A DNA stretch of 41,409 nt from a virus (Duplodnaviria; Caudoviricetes). Below, in pieces: positions 31,071-40,891 of the stretch. Position numbers and translations under genes: made by a program. Every line of letters begins with the position of its first letter. Position 1 is the stretch's first letter. The notes under the pieces were generated by a model. It had not been told where the DNA came from, ran no database searches, and worked only from the letters and a program-made list of their open reading frames with translations. The stretch is from the IMG/VR virus record IMGVR_UViG_3300032320_002007, positions 1 to 41,409 of that record; one strand, 5' to 3'.

Positions 31071-31802
31071 TTAATTCCACAACACTATTTCTTGATTATA
31101 TATGGTATTTTCTACCATATACGGGCGAGTTTTTTTCCCGTGAATTAATTCATCTGTTGCACTTCCCACATCTATATATCTGTTATTTGGATTAGTTGTG
31201 TACAAGTTATGTATTAAAATTTCCGATAAAGGTCCAGCACTTATCAGGAATAACGTATTGTCATACTTCAATGAAAGATTTTGCATGTCTTTTTGTATAG
31301 ATTCATCATTATTTTCATAATAATTTACACAATCATCTGGAACTGCATAGTATTCCAATACTTTAACCGGATTTAAATTTTTATTTTTTCCATCTTTCGA
31401 TGCGCAAAATACAACCGGTTCATCTAATTCTTGGTATAAAAATGATTTAAATTTTGCGTAATTACCATTAATCCAAAGATCAGAAAAAGTAATATTATCT
31501 TCATTGTGGCGTATATGATTTTTTAAAAATATATGGTCATTAAATGACTGATTTGGACTGGTTATTGCATAGTAATAATTTTTTTCAACGTGATTCAAAG
31601 TAGAAAACAAATCTTTTCCAAGCTTGTAAAGTTTATTTTCACACGACCATTTATCTGACATAAAGGCTTGTGTGTTTTTTCCAACTGACAAACCTTTCAT
31701 CAACTTTACTTCACCATCTGCATATCTGGTATATGCAAAATTTTCTTTATTTAATATTTTATTTTTAAATTTATAGAAATCTTCAATAAAATTTTTATAC
31801 AT
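31071..31802 (-). CDS. GT-D (DUF1792-like) glycosyltransferase
   Basis: RYADGE near the N-terminus, LISAGP, YIDVGS. Confidence 0.7.
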   Translation of the reverse strand: MYKNFIEDFYKFKNKILNKENFAYTRYADGEVKLMKGLSVGKNTQAFMSDKWSCENKLYKLGKDLFSTLNHVEKNYYYAITSPNQSFNDHIFLKNHIRHNEDNITFSDLWINGNYAKFKSFLYQELDEPVVFCASKDGKNKNLNPVKVLEYYAVPDDCVNYYENNDESIQKDMQNLSLKYDNTLFLISAGPLSEILIHNLYTTNPNNRYIDVGSATDELIHGKKTRPYMVENTIYNQEIVLWN

Positions 31803-32778
31803 AAAATTCCTTTATATGTGAGACTATTTTTTTTACAGTATTTCCATTACCATAGGGACATGGTAAAAACAACTCATAGTCGTGATCAAATTTTTTAATA
31901 TACTCTTTAATAAGTTCTTTTGTTGGAGCCAAAAATGAAAAAGTTCCTAAACCTTCTTGTCTTTCAGTTTCTTTTCTAAAAACAATGGTCTTTTTACCAA
32001 AAAATGAAGCTTCTTCCTGTATTCCACCACTGTCTGTTATTACAAATCTAGATTTTTTTAACAATAAAATGAGTTTGTCGTGCGGTAGTGGTGATAAAAT
32101 TTTTAAATTAATAGGAAGATGTTCTAATTCTATTGCCGGGTGCTTAATATAGACGAAGGAAAGATGTGGGTATCTTAAACTCAAGCTATCCAGATAAATT
32201 AAAATATCATTGATAACTTTTTTATTCTCTCTTCTGTGTAAAGTAATAGGAATAATATTACCGTATCCATTTCCTTCTTTGGAAAGGTTATCCAAAACTG
32301 TGTTTCCTACCACATATATGTTTCCCTGTATTTTTTCTTGTAGTAGGGTTTGCTTATTAAATTCAGTAACACAGAAATGGTATTTTGCAATTGAAGATAT
32401 GCAACGTCGATAAGATTCTTCTGGATATGGGTTATCGTTATCCCACGTTCTCAATCCAGCCTCAATATGAGCTACTGGAATATTACTATTGAATGCATTC
32501 AAGGCTATGCCAAATGCAGTAGCTGTATCTCCCTGCACTATTACGAGTCTTGTTTTTGGAGAAAAAACAAAATCAGATAAGCAGTTTTTTATAACTCCGT
32601 TTAATCTATTTTTTTCCTGATCCAGAGAAACAATCCGGTCAAATTTACAATCATCTATTAAAGATGTGTGCTGTTGTACCTTTACCAATTCACAGGTAAT
32701 ACGATTGTTTTTTATTTCTTCGTATAACTTATAAACTTTTATATACTCCGGTCTTGTTCCATAAAAAATTGATATCAT
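31795..32778 (-). CDS. wecB: UDP-N-acetylglucosamine 2-epimerase (non-hydrolysing)
   Basis: GTRPEYIK, QGDT, HIEAGLR, PEE, GNTVLD, TLHRREN, TDSGGIQEEA, PYG.G. Confidence 0.93.
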   Translation of the reverse strand: MISIFYGTRPEYIKVYKLYEEIKNNRITCELVKVQQHTSLIDDCKFDRIVSLDQEKNRLNGVIKNCLSDFVFSPKTRLVIVQGDTATAFGIALNAFNSNIPVAHIEAGLRTWDNDNPYPEESYRRCISSIAKYHFCVTEFNKQTLLQEKIQGNIYVVGNTVLDNLSKEGNGYGNIIPITLHRRENKKVINDILIYLDSLSLRYPHLSFVYIKHPAIELEHLPINLKILSPLPHDKLILLLKKSRFVITDSGGIQEEASFFGKKTIVFRKETERQEGLGTFSFLAPTKELIKEYIKKFDHDYELFLPCPYGNGNTVKKIVSHIKEFYV

Positions 32779-32779
32779 T

Positions 32780-33535
32780 TTAACCTTTGATCAATTTAAA
32801 ACCAGAATCAACTGCTTGAGATAGTTCCATTGCCATCAGTTGTCCTCCGGACACTTTCATAGATCCATATTGGTACAGGTTCATTGAAATGCCTTCTGGG
32901 CTGTGTCCGTAAGGTTCACCCTTTATGCTACCCCACAGTTCTTTTTCATTTGCTGGATGTGGCGGAACATATACACCATAAGGTGTGTATTTTTGTATCA
33001 TTTTGGCAAAATGTATATCTTCTCCGACTATAGGAACATAATGTTTATTTGGAAGTTCTCTCCAAAATACTGACAACAAATCTCTGTGAAAAAACCAACA
33101 GTGACCAACGATGTCAACTTTTTCGGTAGTTTCATTTGGGGTACACCATCCAATTCGATTTACTTTGTTCCAAGTGTAATACTTGTCTCCAAAGACTACA
33201 CCAACGGTACCTAAAAGACCTGGATGTGTTTTATGGGTGTTGATACAATTTTCCAACCATTTTGGTCCAGGAATAGTATCATCATCAAAAATAGCAATGT
33301 AATCAGATCTACAATTCAAAGCAAGAGCAAACCTGGACCATACGCCCAAGTTTTGGTTGCAATCTACAAATATTACATCGTCTCTTAGATTGCTTGGTAT
33401 CGGTTCTGCATCTGACTTATTTTGCCAAACAAAAATTTCATTAACAGGAACAGTTTGATTTTTTATAGCATTTAACTGTTCTTCAAACCAACGAGTTCTT
33501 TTATAAGAATTTAAAACGATTGATACTGTTTCCAT
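32780..33535 (-). CDS. GT-A fold (GT2-like) glycosyltransferase
   Basis: VLNSYKR, FDDD, GEDIHF motifs. Confidence 0.75.
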   Translation of the reverse strand: METVSIVLNSYKRTRWFEEQLNAIKNQTVPVNEIFVWQNKSDAEPIPSNLRDDVIFVDCNQNLGVWSRFALALNCRSDYIAIFDDDTIPGPKWLENCINTHKTHPGLLGTVGVVFGDKYYTWNKVNRIGWCTPNETTEKVDIVGHCWFFHRDLLSVFWRELPNKHYVPIVGEDIHFAKMIQKYTPYGVYVPPHPANEKELWGSIKGEPYGHSPEGISMNLYQYGSMKVSGGQLMAMELSQAVDSGFKLIKG

Positions 33536-34149
33536 TAATAATCATAACCACTGTTAGGTGTGGTTCCCCAATATTGTTTTGCGTAAATTTTTCCTTCGCC
33601 GGTATATTCAATCCCAGAATAATGTCGTGGGATAAAATACCAACTGGGATAAACTGTTATCGGATATTTTGTGCGGTATACTGTGTTTGTCAACAACAAA
33701 GGTCCAGTTATTGCCCATGTTTCTAGCGGATGATAATCCATATGTGGTAACTGTTGAAGTTGATCCATTATAAATCCCATCAATTTGCAATTTTTTTCAC
33801 AGGCAAGATAACCGTTAGCCATCAGCCCCTGTCTAACTTGTTCATTTTCCCAACAACAAAAAACACTATTGTTGGTAAAAAAATCATCTAATGGATTAAC
33901 GCATTCCGAATCTGCATCAATAAAAAATCCACCCTCGTCATGTAAAACCTGATATCTTAGAATATCAGCTTTTCCGGGAAAAGATGGACACTCATTAAAT
34001 TGTTTTTGACATCTTAAATTTGGAAGATTTTCATCTGTCCATAATTTATGTTGCCATGTTGGATTTTTATCAATCCATGTTTGTATAAATTTGGATGGCC
34101 TTTTAGACTGATCACCCAACCAAATTTGGTGTATAATTTTTGGAATCAT
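33535..34149 (-). CDS. GT32 (OCH1-like, DxD) glycosyltransferase
   Basis: MIPKIIHQIWLG, ADILRY..L..EGG.FIDAD, TGP.LLT. Confidence 0.9.
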   Translation of the reverse strand: MIPKIIHQIWLGDQSKRPSKFIQTWIDKNPTWQHKLWTDENLPNLRCQKQFNECPSFPGKADILRYQVLHDEGGFFIDADSECVNPLDDFFTNNSVFCCWENEQVRQGLMANGYLACEKNCKLMGFIMDQLQQLPHMDYHPLETWAITGPLLLTNTVYRTKYPITVYPSWYFIPRHYSGIEYTGEGKIYAKQYWGTTPNSGYDY

Positions 34150-34163
34150 AAGACCTCACAGTT

Positions 34164-34230
34164 ATTATAAATCTTCAACTACTAAAGTCAAATATATTTA
34201 TTTGACATTATCTAGAGTATACTATAGAGT
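34164..34230. promoter_or_regulatory. Divergent sigma70-type promoters for the glycan island (-) and uvsY (+)
   Basis: Minus strand TTGACT(34186-34191)-N16-TATAAT(34164-34169); plus strand TTGACA(34202-34207)-N17-TAGAGT. The two -35 boxes form the inverted repeat gtcaaata-tatt-tatttgac. Confidence 0.65.
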
Positions 34231-34242
34231 AATCCATAAAAG

Positions 34243-34680
34243 ATGAATCTAGAGAACCTTAAAGAACTTATTACCAAAGACTCTCAAATAGACTCTACAG
34301 AGTTAGGGATAGAGTCTCTTAAGATACCTCAAATACACTCAAAGTATCTTACGATTTTATCAGATGTCAAATTACTGTTGACCAAACAACAGCATGACTT
34401 GGCAATTTTAAAATTGCGCAAGTGGAAAATCTACACAGGCAAAGCCTCCCACGAGGAGTTGGAATTGTGGGGAGAAGATCCCTCTGATCTAACTCTACTA
34501 AAAAGTGATGTGGAACAGTTTGTAGAAGCTGATCCCAAAGTTATCGAATTAAAATCTAAAATTGCCGTAAGTGAAGTAAAACTTAAGATGGTTGAAGAGT
34601 TTTTGCGGTCACTTAATAACCGCAATTTTGCCATCAAATCAGCCATTGAGTGGCATAAAATGATGAACGGGGTCGTATAA
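34243..34680 (+). CDS. uvsY: Recombination mediator UvsY
   Basis: DSQID..L..ESLKIPQIHSKY, Y.GKA, AD, R.FAIKSAIEW. Confidence 0.92.
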   Translation: MNLENLKELITKDSQIDSTELGIESLKIPQIHSKYLTILSDVKLLLTKQQHDLAILKLRKWKIYTGKASHEELELWGEDPSDLTLLKSDVEQFVEADPKVIELKSKIAVSEVKLKMVEEFLRSLNNRNFAIKSAIEWHKMMNGVV

Positions 34681-34687
34681 ATATTAT

Positions 34688-36187
34688 GTGGATATTGAAG
34701 TTGAATCTAATGATGAAGTTCGTTACTACATCAAGACAGACAACGCGATAAAGAAGGAACTGAGGGATTACTTTTCCTTCATGGTTCCCGGTGCCCAATA
34801 TATGCCCATGTTCAAACGCAGAATATGGGACGGCAAAATTCGTCTATATGATATCCTTACATCCACTCTTCCCCGGGGTCTAAAAACTTACTTAAAAAAG
34901 TTTGCGGATGAACGCAAGTATTCCATTTCTTTCAAAGAAAGCAAAAAAGACCTATGCATAACACCGGAGGAACTTGCTACCCTTTATACTGGACTAAATG
35001 TGACGGTGAAAAAGTCTACTATACAAATGCACCCACATCAGTCACAAGCAATCATCCACGCTATAAACAATCACCGATGCGTGATTATATCCCCGACAGG
35101 ATCTGGAAAAAGTTTGATAATATACGTCTTGCTCCGTTGGCTACTATCCGTAATAAAATCAGATAGAAAAATATTAATTTTAGTTCCTACGGTGGGGCTA
35201 GTAAATCAGATGGAATCTGATTTTTTTGACTATTCAAAGAACGATCCAAAGTGGAATTGCAGAAAGACAGTACACAAAATCAGTGCTGGAGCAGAGAAGG
35301 AAACAAACAAGCAAATAATTGTTTCGACTTGGCAGTCTGTATACAAATTGCCCAGAGAATGGTTTGACCAATTTGATGCGGTAATTTTCGATGAATGTCA
35401 CCAAGCAAAGGCCGAGTCCATAAACATGATTGGGCCAAAAATGTCCAAGGCTTGGTTCCGAATTGGTACAACGGGAACCTTGGATCAAGCACAAGCACAT
35501 AGACTGAGCATCGAAGGTATTTTGGGTCCAGCCATACAGTTCATACAGACCAAGAATCTCATGAATAAAGGATTGCTTGCCACCCTTGGAATCGACGCCA
35601 TACTGTTGAAGTACAGCGAGGCAGAAAAAGAGTTGCTAAAAAAGCAACGCTACGCAGATGAAATCAAGTGGCTCATAAGTAATGATAGGCGCAATGAGTT
35701 CATCCGAGACCTCGCACTCAGCACCAAAGGAAACACCCTCGTCCTTTTCAACTACGTCGAAGGACAAGGAAAGCCCTTGCACGCTCTCCTTAAGGCAGCG
35801 GCTGGCGATAGAAAAGTATATCTTATCTACGGAAAAACGGATGCAGATGCAAGAGAATACATCCGCCGCGTTATCGACACCGAAAAAAACGCGATCCTTG
35901 TGGCCAGCTATGGTACTACTAGTGCTGGCATCAACATTGTTAATCTCGACAATATTATTTTTGCATCACCTACTAAGTCTTTAATTCGTTTGCTGCAAAG
36001 CATTGGTAGAGGTTTGCGTGTCTCTGCTCGCAAGAAGACACTCAAGGTTTTTGATATCGTTGATGATCTTTGCACCAAGTCATACAAGAATCACGTATTC
36101 AAGCATTTCGAAGAACGCATAAAGATATACAAAAAAGAAAAGTTTGACTACAAGATAGTGTCCATGGAACTACCAAAAGATAAATAA
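34688..36187 (+). CDS. uvsW: UvsW DNA helicase
   Basis: WDGKIRL, SPTGSGKS, DECH, TTGT, QSIGRGLR; TATAAATA at 34676-34683; GTG start. Confidence 0.96.
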   Translation: MDIEVESNDEVRYYIKTDNAIKKELRDYFSFMVPGAQYMPMFKRRIWDGKIRLYDILTSTLPRGLKTYLKKFADERKYSISFKESKKDLCITPEELATLYTGLNVTVKKSTIQMHPHQSQAIIHAINNHRCVIISPTGSGKSLIIYVLLRWLLSVIKSDRKILILVPTVGLVNQMESDFFDYSKNDPKWNCRKTVHKISAGAEKETNKQIIVSTWQSVYKLPREWFDQFDAVIFDECHQAKAESINMIGPKMSKAWFRIGTTGTLDQAQAHRLSIEGILGPAIQFIQTKNLMNKGLLATLGIDAILLKYSEAEKELLKKQRYADEIKWLISNDRRNEFIRDLALSTKGNTLVLFNYVEGQGKPLHALLKAAAGDRKVYLIYGKTDADAREYIRRVIDTEKNAILVASYGTTSAGINIVNLDNIIFASPTKSLIRLLQSIGRGLRVSARKKTLKVFDIVDDLCTKSYKNHVFKHFEERIKIYKKEKFDYKIVSMELPKDK

Positions 36188-36208
36188 TAGGGAAGGGAGG
36201 ACATACAT

Positions 36209-36895
36209 ATGTCCGATTCACTTCCTGAGAATTCATTCTCGGGCGTACTTAGAGTTGTAAAGCTTATCACCGGTGAAGAACTCATTGGAATGGTTTGCGA
36301 AGCAATGCCCGAAAAAATTACAATTAAATTACCAGCAAAAATGGAACTTTACAACAGTAAAGATCCTGAAGGCAATCTTGTTGAATACGTAAAATTAACA
36401 AATTATTTGGCCAGTATAAAGGGCCATGAAATATCCGTTTCAAGAACTGCCATACTTTACATCGGACAACCAGCAATGGATCTTGAAAAGATGTATGAAA
36501 TTTATTTTATGGCAATGCAAAATGATCCATCGACTATTGTCAGCTCAATGCCAGAAGGCCATGAATCGGTAGAAACTGGATTAAAACTTTTAAATGATCT
36601 TTTTAACAACGAAGATTTTGTAGAATTTGTGAATGAATTAATTGATAATTTTGAAGCAGATGGAGTTATGAATGAAATTTTGGATGAAATTGAGGAAGAA
36701 GAGTCTGCGGCTGAAAGCGAAGAAAGTGAGTCAGAAAGCCCTATAAGCCTGCCCGAACCAAAAGAGGCTCCCAAGCCATCTCGCAAGAAGAAACGCCGTA
36801 AAATCAATCCTAGCAGCTCTGAGCTACCTTTTAAACCAGACGCGGACCCCAATTCTGCCGAGGGGTGGTCTGACAATCCTATGGATTATTTTTAA
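36209..36895 (+). CDS. Conserved T4-like hypothetical protein (Sm-like N-terminus, acidic tail)
   Basis: VVKLITGEELI motif typical of the gene following uvsW in aquatic T4-like phages; GGGAGG RBS. Confidence 0.65.
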   Translation: MSDSLPENSFSGVLRVVKLITGEELIGMVCEAMPEKITIKLPAKMELYNSKDPEGNLVEYVKLTNYLASIKGHEISVSRTAILYIGQPAMDLEKMYEIYFMAMQNDPSTIVSSMPEGHESVETGLKLLNDLFNNEDFVEFVNELIDNFEADGVMNEILDEIEEEESAAESEESESESPISLPEPKEAPKPSRKKKRRKINPSSSELPFKPDADPNSAEGWSDNPMDYF

Positions 36896-37416
36896 GCTTG
36901 ATTTTTTAAATCTTCCGGGGCATCCGGGTTTAATTCGTAATACGAAAAAGTAAAATTACATGTTGCTTTTTGAATAATTGCATCTGCACTATCTGCCTGA
37001 AATACTATACCGCTCAATCTGGTTGGTACTATGTACCTAAAAGTTACAGTTAGAGTAGGGCAACTTGAAACGGGATCATATAAAGTTAATGTCGCTTCAT
37101 GGTGCCAATCTTGATAAGGAAGATTGTAAGTATCATCTGTTGAAATATTGGCGACATTTCTCATCCAAGAATAAAGACTTTTCCAGTTTGTAAGATTTGA
37201 ATCAACTATGAATTCTACATTCAATGTTTCATAGTTAAACTGCATGGTGGGAACTGGAACAGTTGTACCAAAAATTGTAGGTTGTTTTGTATCTGGAACA
37301 GTACATCCTGGTAAGTTTGCTTTCTGGCAATTCAATTCAAATTGCTGTGTTCCTCTACCAAATCTTAAAGTAAAGTAGCTGTTGTATAGAGGATTGATGT
37401 TTGGAATGCAACTCAT
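36892..37416 (-). CDS. gp3: Tail tube terminator/completion protein gp3
   Basis: CQKANLPG, LNVEFIVD.NL.NW..LY.WM, ATL, F.F.YY; directly after gp23. Confidence 0.85.
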   Translation of the reverse strand: MSCIPNINPLYNSYFTLRFGRGTQQFELNCQKANLPGCTVPDTKQPTIFGTTVPVPTMQFNYETLNVEFIVDSNLTNWKSLYSWMRNVANISTDDTYNLPYQDWHHEATLTLYDPVSSCPTLTVTFRYIVPTRLSGIVFQADSADAIIQKATCNFTFSYYELNPDAPEDLKNQA

Positions 37417-37438
37417 AAAATTATTTATGTAAATGCAA

Positions 37439-37464
37439 AGACCTCCCCATTTCTGGGGAGGTCT
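37439..37464 (-). terminator. Intrinsic terminator after gp23
   Basis: Perfect 11-bp stem agacctcccca/tggggaggtct with GAAA loop on the minus strand, followed by TTGCATTT. Confidence 0.8.
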
Positions 37465-37501
37465 CGAAAGGTTTACTTACTTTCTCTTAACCTACCATCT
37501 A

Positions 37502-38965
37502 TTAGATGGTGTTACCGTGGAGGTTGGTAATCGAGGTCAAGCGGTAGTATTGGTTCAAGCCTTGGGTTAAGGTATCGGCGTCTGGGGCGTTGTTGCTGTT
37601 AAGAACGAATGGGTTAGCAACAATTCCGTAACGGGTCTTGAAGGCAATACGTGGTTGGAAAGTGTTAGGATCAACTGCACGTACCATTTGTAGCGGGACG
37701 TATGGGCAGTAGAACAGACCAGCGTCATATGGCGACTCACCCTTATAACCAGCAACGAAGAAGTTGTAGCCAGCGGGGCTGTATGGGTCGATGTAGACGC
37801 GAATCTTGCCACTGAGGATACCAGCGAAGGTGCTTTGGGTATCATCAACATTGAGTTGTGGCATGATTGCTGGGCTGAGGCTCATGAAGCCAGACATGGC
37901 AAGGGCGGCTGCGGTATCGCTATCGCAGATGATGAAGTTGCCCTTACCACGGCGGGTTTCCTTGGCGATCTGGTTGCACTCACGCTCGATTTGGAAGCTG
38001 AGGCCACGGAAGCGTTCAGCAGACCAACGACCGTCTGAGTCTTGATCCAAATCGTATGTTCCACCGACAGTGATGTCTGGTTGTTGCGAACCATTCTTTG
38101 CAACGTAGTAGATGGTGCGAATGATCTCACGGTTGATTTCAGCAAGAATTTCTGTGCTGAGGAGATTTGCGAGTTCGGCTTCGGCATCCAATCCGTGAAC
38201 GGCCTTAAGATCTTGTGCCAATTCGACGGTGTAGTTGCTGGACAGAGCGCGGGTACGAGCTTGTACTGCAACACGGTCGATGGAGAAGGCCATTTGGTTC
38301 CAACTGCCGTAGTATGGGTTGCTTGGAACAACACCGATTCCAGCACCAGAGGCACCGGCGGTAAATGGATTGTTTCCAATACCTTCACCGTTTGAGGTCA
38401 AGATACCACGGAGTTGACCTAGTGCAGCAGCGTTTGCTGGACGGATAGAAACTCCGAAGCCGTAGCTTACACCAAATCCTGCTGAAAGACCGTTATAACC
38501 GGCTGGCAAGGTCCATCCTGAACCACCGAAGGCTGGTTGTGGCTCTTGGAACATTGCTTCGGCGTAACCTGCAGCATTGTAAGCCTTGCTTTGACCCTGA
38601 TATTGGTAGTTGGCGCGCATGGCAAAGATGAGGCCGGTTGGGGCAGTCATTGGCTGAACGCCGCAGATGTCATAGGCCATCAAGTTTGGCATGGAACGAC
38701 GAATCAAGCTGATTAGGACTGGGTCATAACCAGAGACTTGGCCGGTGTTATAATTAGAAGACGAGGCTGGGCCACCGAGGTTGGCGTTTCCACCCATATC
38801 TTCGATTAGGTGTTGTTGACGAAGGGCTTGCTCTTGGTTCTCGAGAAGAACGGCAGTAACCTTCTTACGATAGTCGTCTTGGATCTTTGGAAGAGCCTCG
38901 TGACTTAAGACAGGGTCCCACTTTTCGGTGAGAATGTCATAGGGGGTATTTTCTTGAAAATTCAT
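37502..38965 (-). CDS. gp23: Major capsid protein gp23
   Basis: EKW.PVL, LLENQE, DPVLISLIRRSMPNL.AYD.CGVQPM.APTGLIFAMR, ELAQDLKAVHGLDAE.EL, YCPYVPL, FKTRYG. Confidence 0.98.
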   Translation of the reverse strand: MNFQENTPYDILTEKWDPVLSHEALPKIQDDYRKKVTAVLLENQEQALRQQHLIEDMGGNANLGGPASSSNYNTGQVSGYDPVLISLIRRSMPNLMAYDICGVQPMTAPTGLIFAMRANYQYQGQSKAYNAAGYAEAMFQEPQPAFGGSGWTLPAGYNGLSAGFGVSYGFGVSIRPANAAALGQLRGILTSNGEGIGNNPFTAGASGAGIGVVPSNPYYGSWNQMAFSIDRVAVQARTRALSSNYTVELAQDLKAVHGLDAEAELANLLSTEILAEINREIIRTIYYVAKNGSQQPDITVGGTYDLDQDSDGRWSAERFRGLSFQIERECNQIAKETRRGKGNFIICDSDTAAALAMSGFMSLSPAIMPQLNVDDTQSTFAGILSGKIRVYIDPYSPAGYNFFVAGYKGESPYDAGLFYCPYVPLQMVRAVDPNTFQPRIAFKTRYGIVANPFVLNSNNAPDADTLTQGLNQYYRLTSITNLHGNTI

Positions 38966-39014
38966 TGTAGTTATTATCTCCTAGTGAGTTGAAATTATTT
39001 AGTAAAACTAAATT

Positions 39015-40049
39015 TTAGACTTTCTTGTTAAGTCTACCTAGTGCACCGACATAGCTCTCAACGAGAGTTGAGGGGGTTTGCTTGACCGGGGCAAAAGTTT
39101 GTTCTGGTTCAACGACCCGAGCTGGGGCGCTGCGTTGGTTTAAGTAATTTTCACGAATAGCGACAAGCTTTTCGCGGTATTCTTCGGGTCCTGCAAAAGA
39201 AACATTTTCCATCAAGGACTGAAGCTTGGCAACTTGGGTGTCTGCCAAATCTCTGGTCTCAGCAACGAAGATTCCGGCACACTCTGTGAGGGAAACTTCT
39301 TTCTTGAGATCCATATTGTACTTGACTGCTTCGTTGAGCTTGGTTTCGAGATCACGGTTAGAAGCATAAAGTTCATCAAGAACATTGTACTTCTCGGCAG
39401 GAACGTCGATGTAGTGATTTTCGAAAAGGTTCTTCAAACCGCCGATAAAGTTTTCGGCAATCTGTGTCTTGATGCCTTGCTCGACGGCAACTGCATTCTC
39501 GGTCATCCACTCTTCTACAACGTAGTCAAGATAGTCATCTACCTTTTCAACGAGAGATTCTGTGACGTTATCCAAGTAAGTCTTTACGTTGCCGTCAACG
39601 TTTTCTACGATTTGGGCAACTGTTCTTTCGACACGGTCGGTGACTGCTGCCTCAAAAATTGCCTCGAGTTGAGCAACCAGTGAAGGGGAGACATCTTCTC
39701 CGAGAAGAGAAATCAAGGCATTGCGGAATTGTGCCTTTGCTTCCTCGTTTGTTTCGATGGCTTCATCGGTTGGAGTCTCTTCCTCTTCTTCTTCTTCAAT
39801 CTCTGGTCCAACTTCTTCATCTTCGGCCTCTTGTTGGGCTTGAGTTGAAACTGGAGCAGACATTGCAGGCTGACCCATGCCATTGATTGGGGTGCGAGCT
39901 TGCATCATTGCAGCGCCACCAAAATCAACTGGAGTTGGGATCGCAGATCCGCGTCCAGATGTATCCATATCGGAACCGCCATTGGACATGGCATAACCAC
40001 CCATTGGAGCGGCTTGTTCAAAAATATTCTTATTGAGTTTCTTTTTCAT
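39015..40049 (-). CDS. gp22: Prohead core scaffold protein gp22
   Basis: IFEAAV, VDDYLDYVVEEWM.EN, FI.GLK.LFE.HYIDVP.EK; synteny with gp23. Confidence 0.93.
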   Translation of the reverse strand: MKKKLNKNIFEQAAPMGGYAMSNGGSDMDTSGRGSAIPTPVDFGGAAMMQARTPINGMGQPAMSAPVSTQAQQEAEDEEVGPEIEEEEEEETPTDEAIETNEEAKAQFRNALISLLGEDVSPSLVAQLEAIFEAAVTDRVERTVAQIVENVDGNVKTYLDNVTESLVEKVDDYLDYVVEEWMTENAVAVEQGIKTQIAENFIGGLKNLFENHYIDVPAEKYNVLDELYASNRDLETKLNEAVKYNMDLKKEVSLTECAGIFVAETRDLADTQVAKLQSLMENVSFAGPEEYREKLVAIRENYLNQRSAPARVVEPEQTFAPVKQTPSTLVESYVGALGRLNKKV

Positions 40050-40096
40050 GTTAAAGGAATCCTTGTAAATTATTTAGTACTTTTTAAAATTGAAAG

Positions 40097-40891
40097 TTAT
40101 GGAATAACATAACCCTTTGAACGCAAATTTCCTATACGTTCTTGTTCTTCTGCCGCTTTGATTGCAGCTTCTCTGCCTCTATTGGGATTCCATGGTTCTG
40201 TCTTGGTCTTCTTGGGTCCAGGAACCACGCCGGGGAATCTACCGCCACCCTGAGCTGCCAGATTTAGTTGATTTTGTGCAATATTACCAACATTTGCATC
40301 AAACCAACTTGCCCCAGAAAGATCAGCCAATTGACGGGCAAGTTTAGAGGCCAATTTTGGAACACCCAAAACGGCTTTAGAAACAAGTGCCCCACCAACA
40401 TTTCCCCAGAATCCACCACCGGAAGGAAGAAGATTTTGTAAACCAACTTTATCTGCGATTGCATTTGCACCCAAAGCATCAGTCACGTCGGCAAATGTTT
40501 CTAATCCCTTTCCGATTCCATACGCAGCTGCAGCTGCACCAGCACCCCAATCATCTTCTTCGGTGTCTCCAAATAATATATTTGTTGGGCCCTTATCATT
40601 TGCTTTCCCAGCGGGACCACCAGCACCAAAGCCGCCAGATGTGGCACGAACCATCTGTTTTCTTTCTTTTTTCTTTTTTTGTGCTATCTCTTTTGGAGAT
40701 TCGCCTTTTACATACTGAGGCATTTGGTTGGCACCCTTTAATATCTCCTCAGTAGAGCCCGGAGTACCCCATCCACCACCATAGTATTCAACTAAAGAAT
40801 CTCTTAATTCTTTGTTTGGAGAACAGGTGGTTCTTTTATCCAAAGACTCCACCAAATACTTTGTGGCTTGTGTTGGTAAGGTCGGTATCAT
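40097..40891 (-). CDS. Hypothetical Gly/Ala-rich protein, possible internal head protein
   Basis: 264 aa, start overlaps the end of gp21; no recognisable family. Confidence 0.6.
   Translation of the reverse strand: MIPTLPTQATKYLVESLDKRTTCSPNKELRDSLVEYYGGGWGTPGSTEEILKGANQMPQYVKGESPKEIAQKKKKERKQMVRATSGGFGAGGPAGKANDKGPTNILFGDTEEDDWGAGAAAAAYGIGKGLETFADVTDALGANAIADKVGLQNLLPSGGGFWGNVGGALVSKAVLGVPKLASKLARQLADLSGASWFDANVGNIAQNQLNLAAQGGGRFPGVVPGPKKTKTEPWNPNRGREAAIKAAEEQERIGNLRSKGYVIP

Noticed and set aside
37567-40755. Overlapping ORFs inside gp23, gp22 and the 264-aa gene
   Set aside because: They lie fully within real genes with biased codon usage and show no recognisable motifs.
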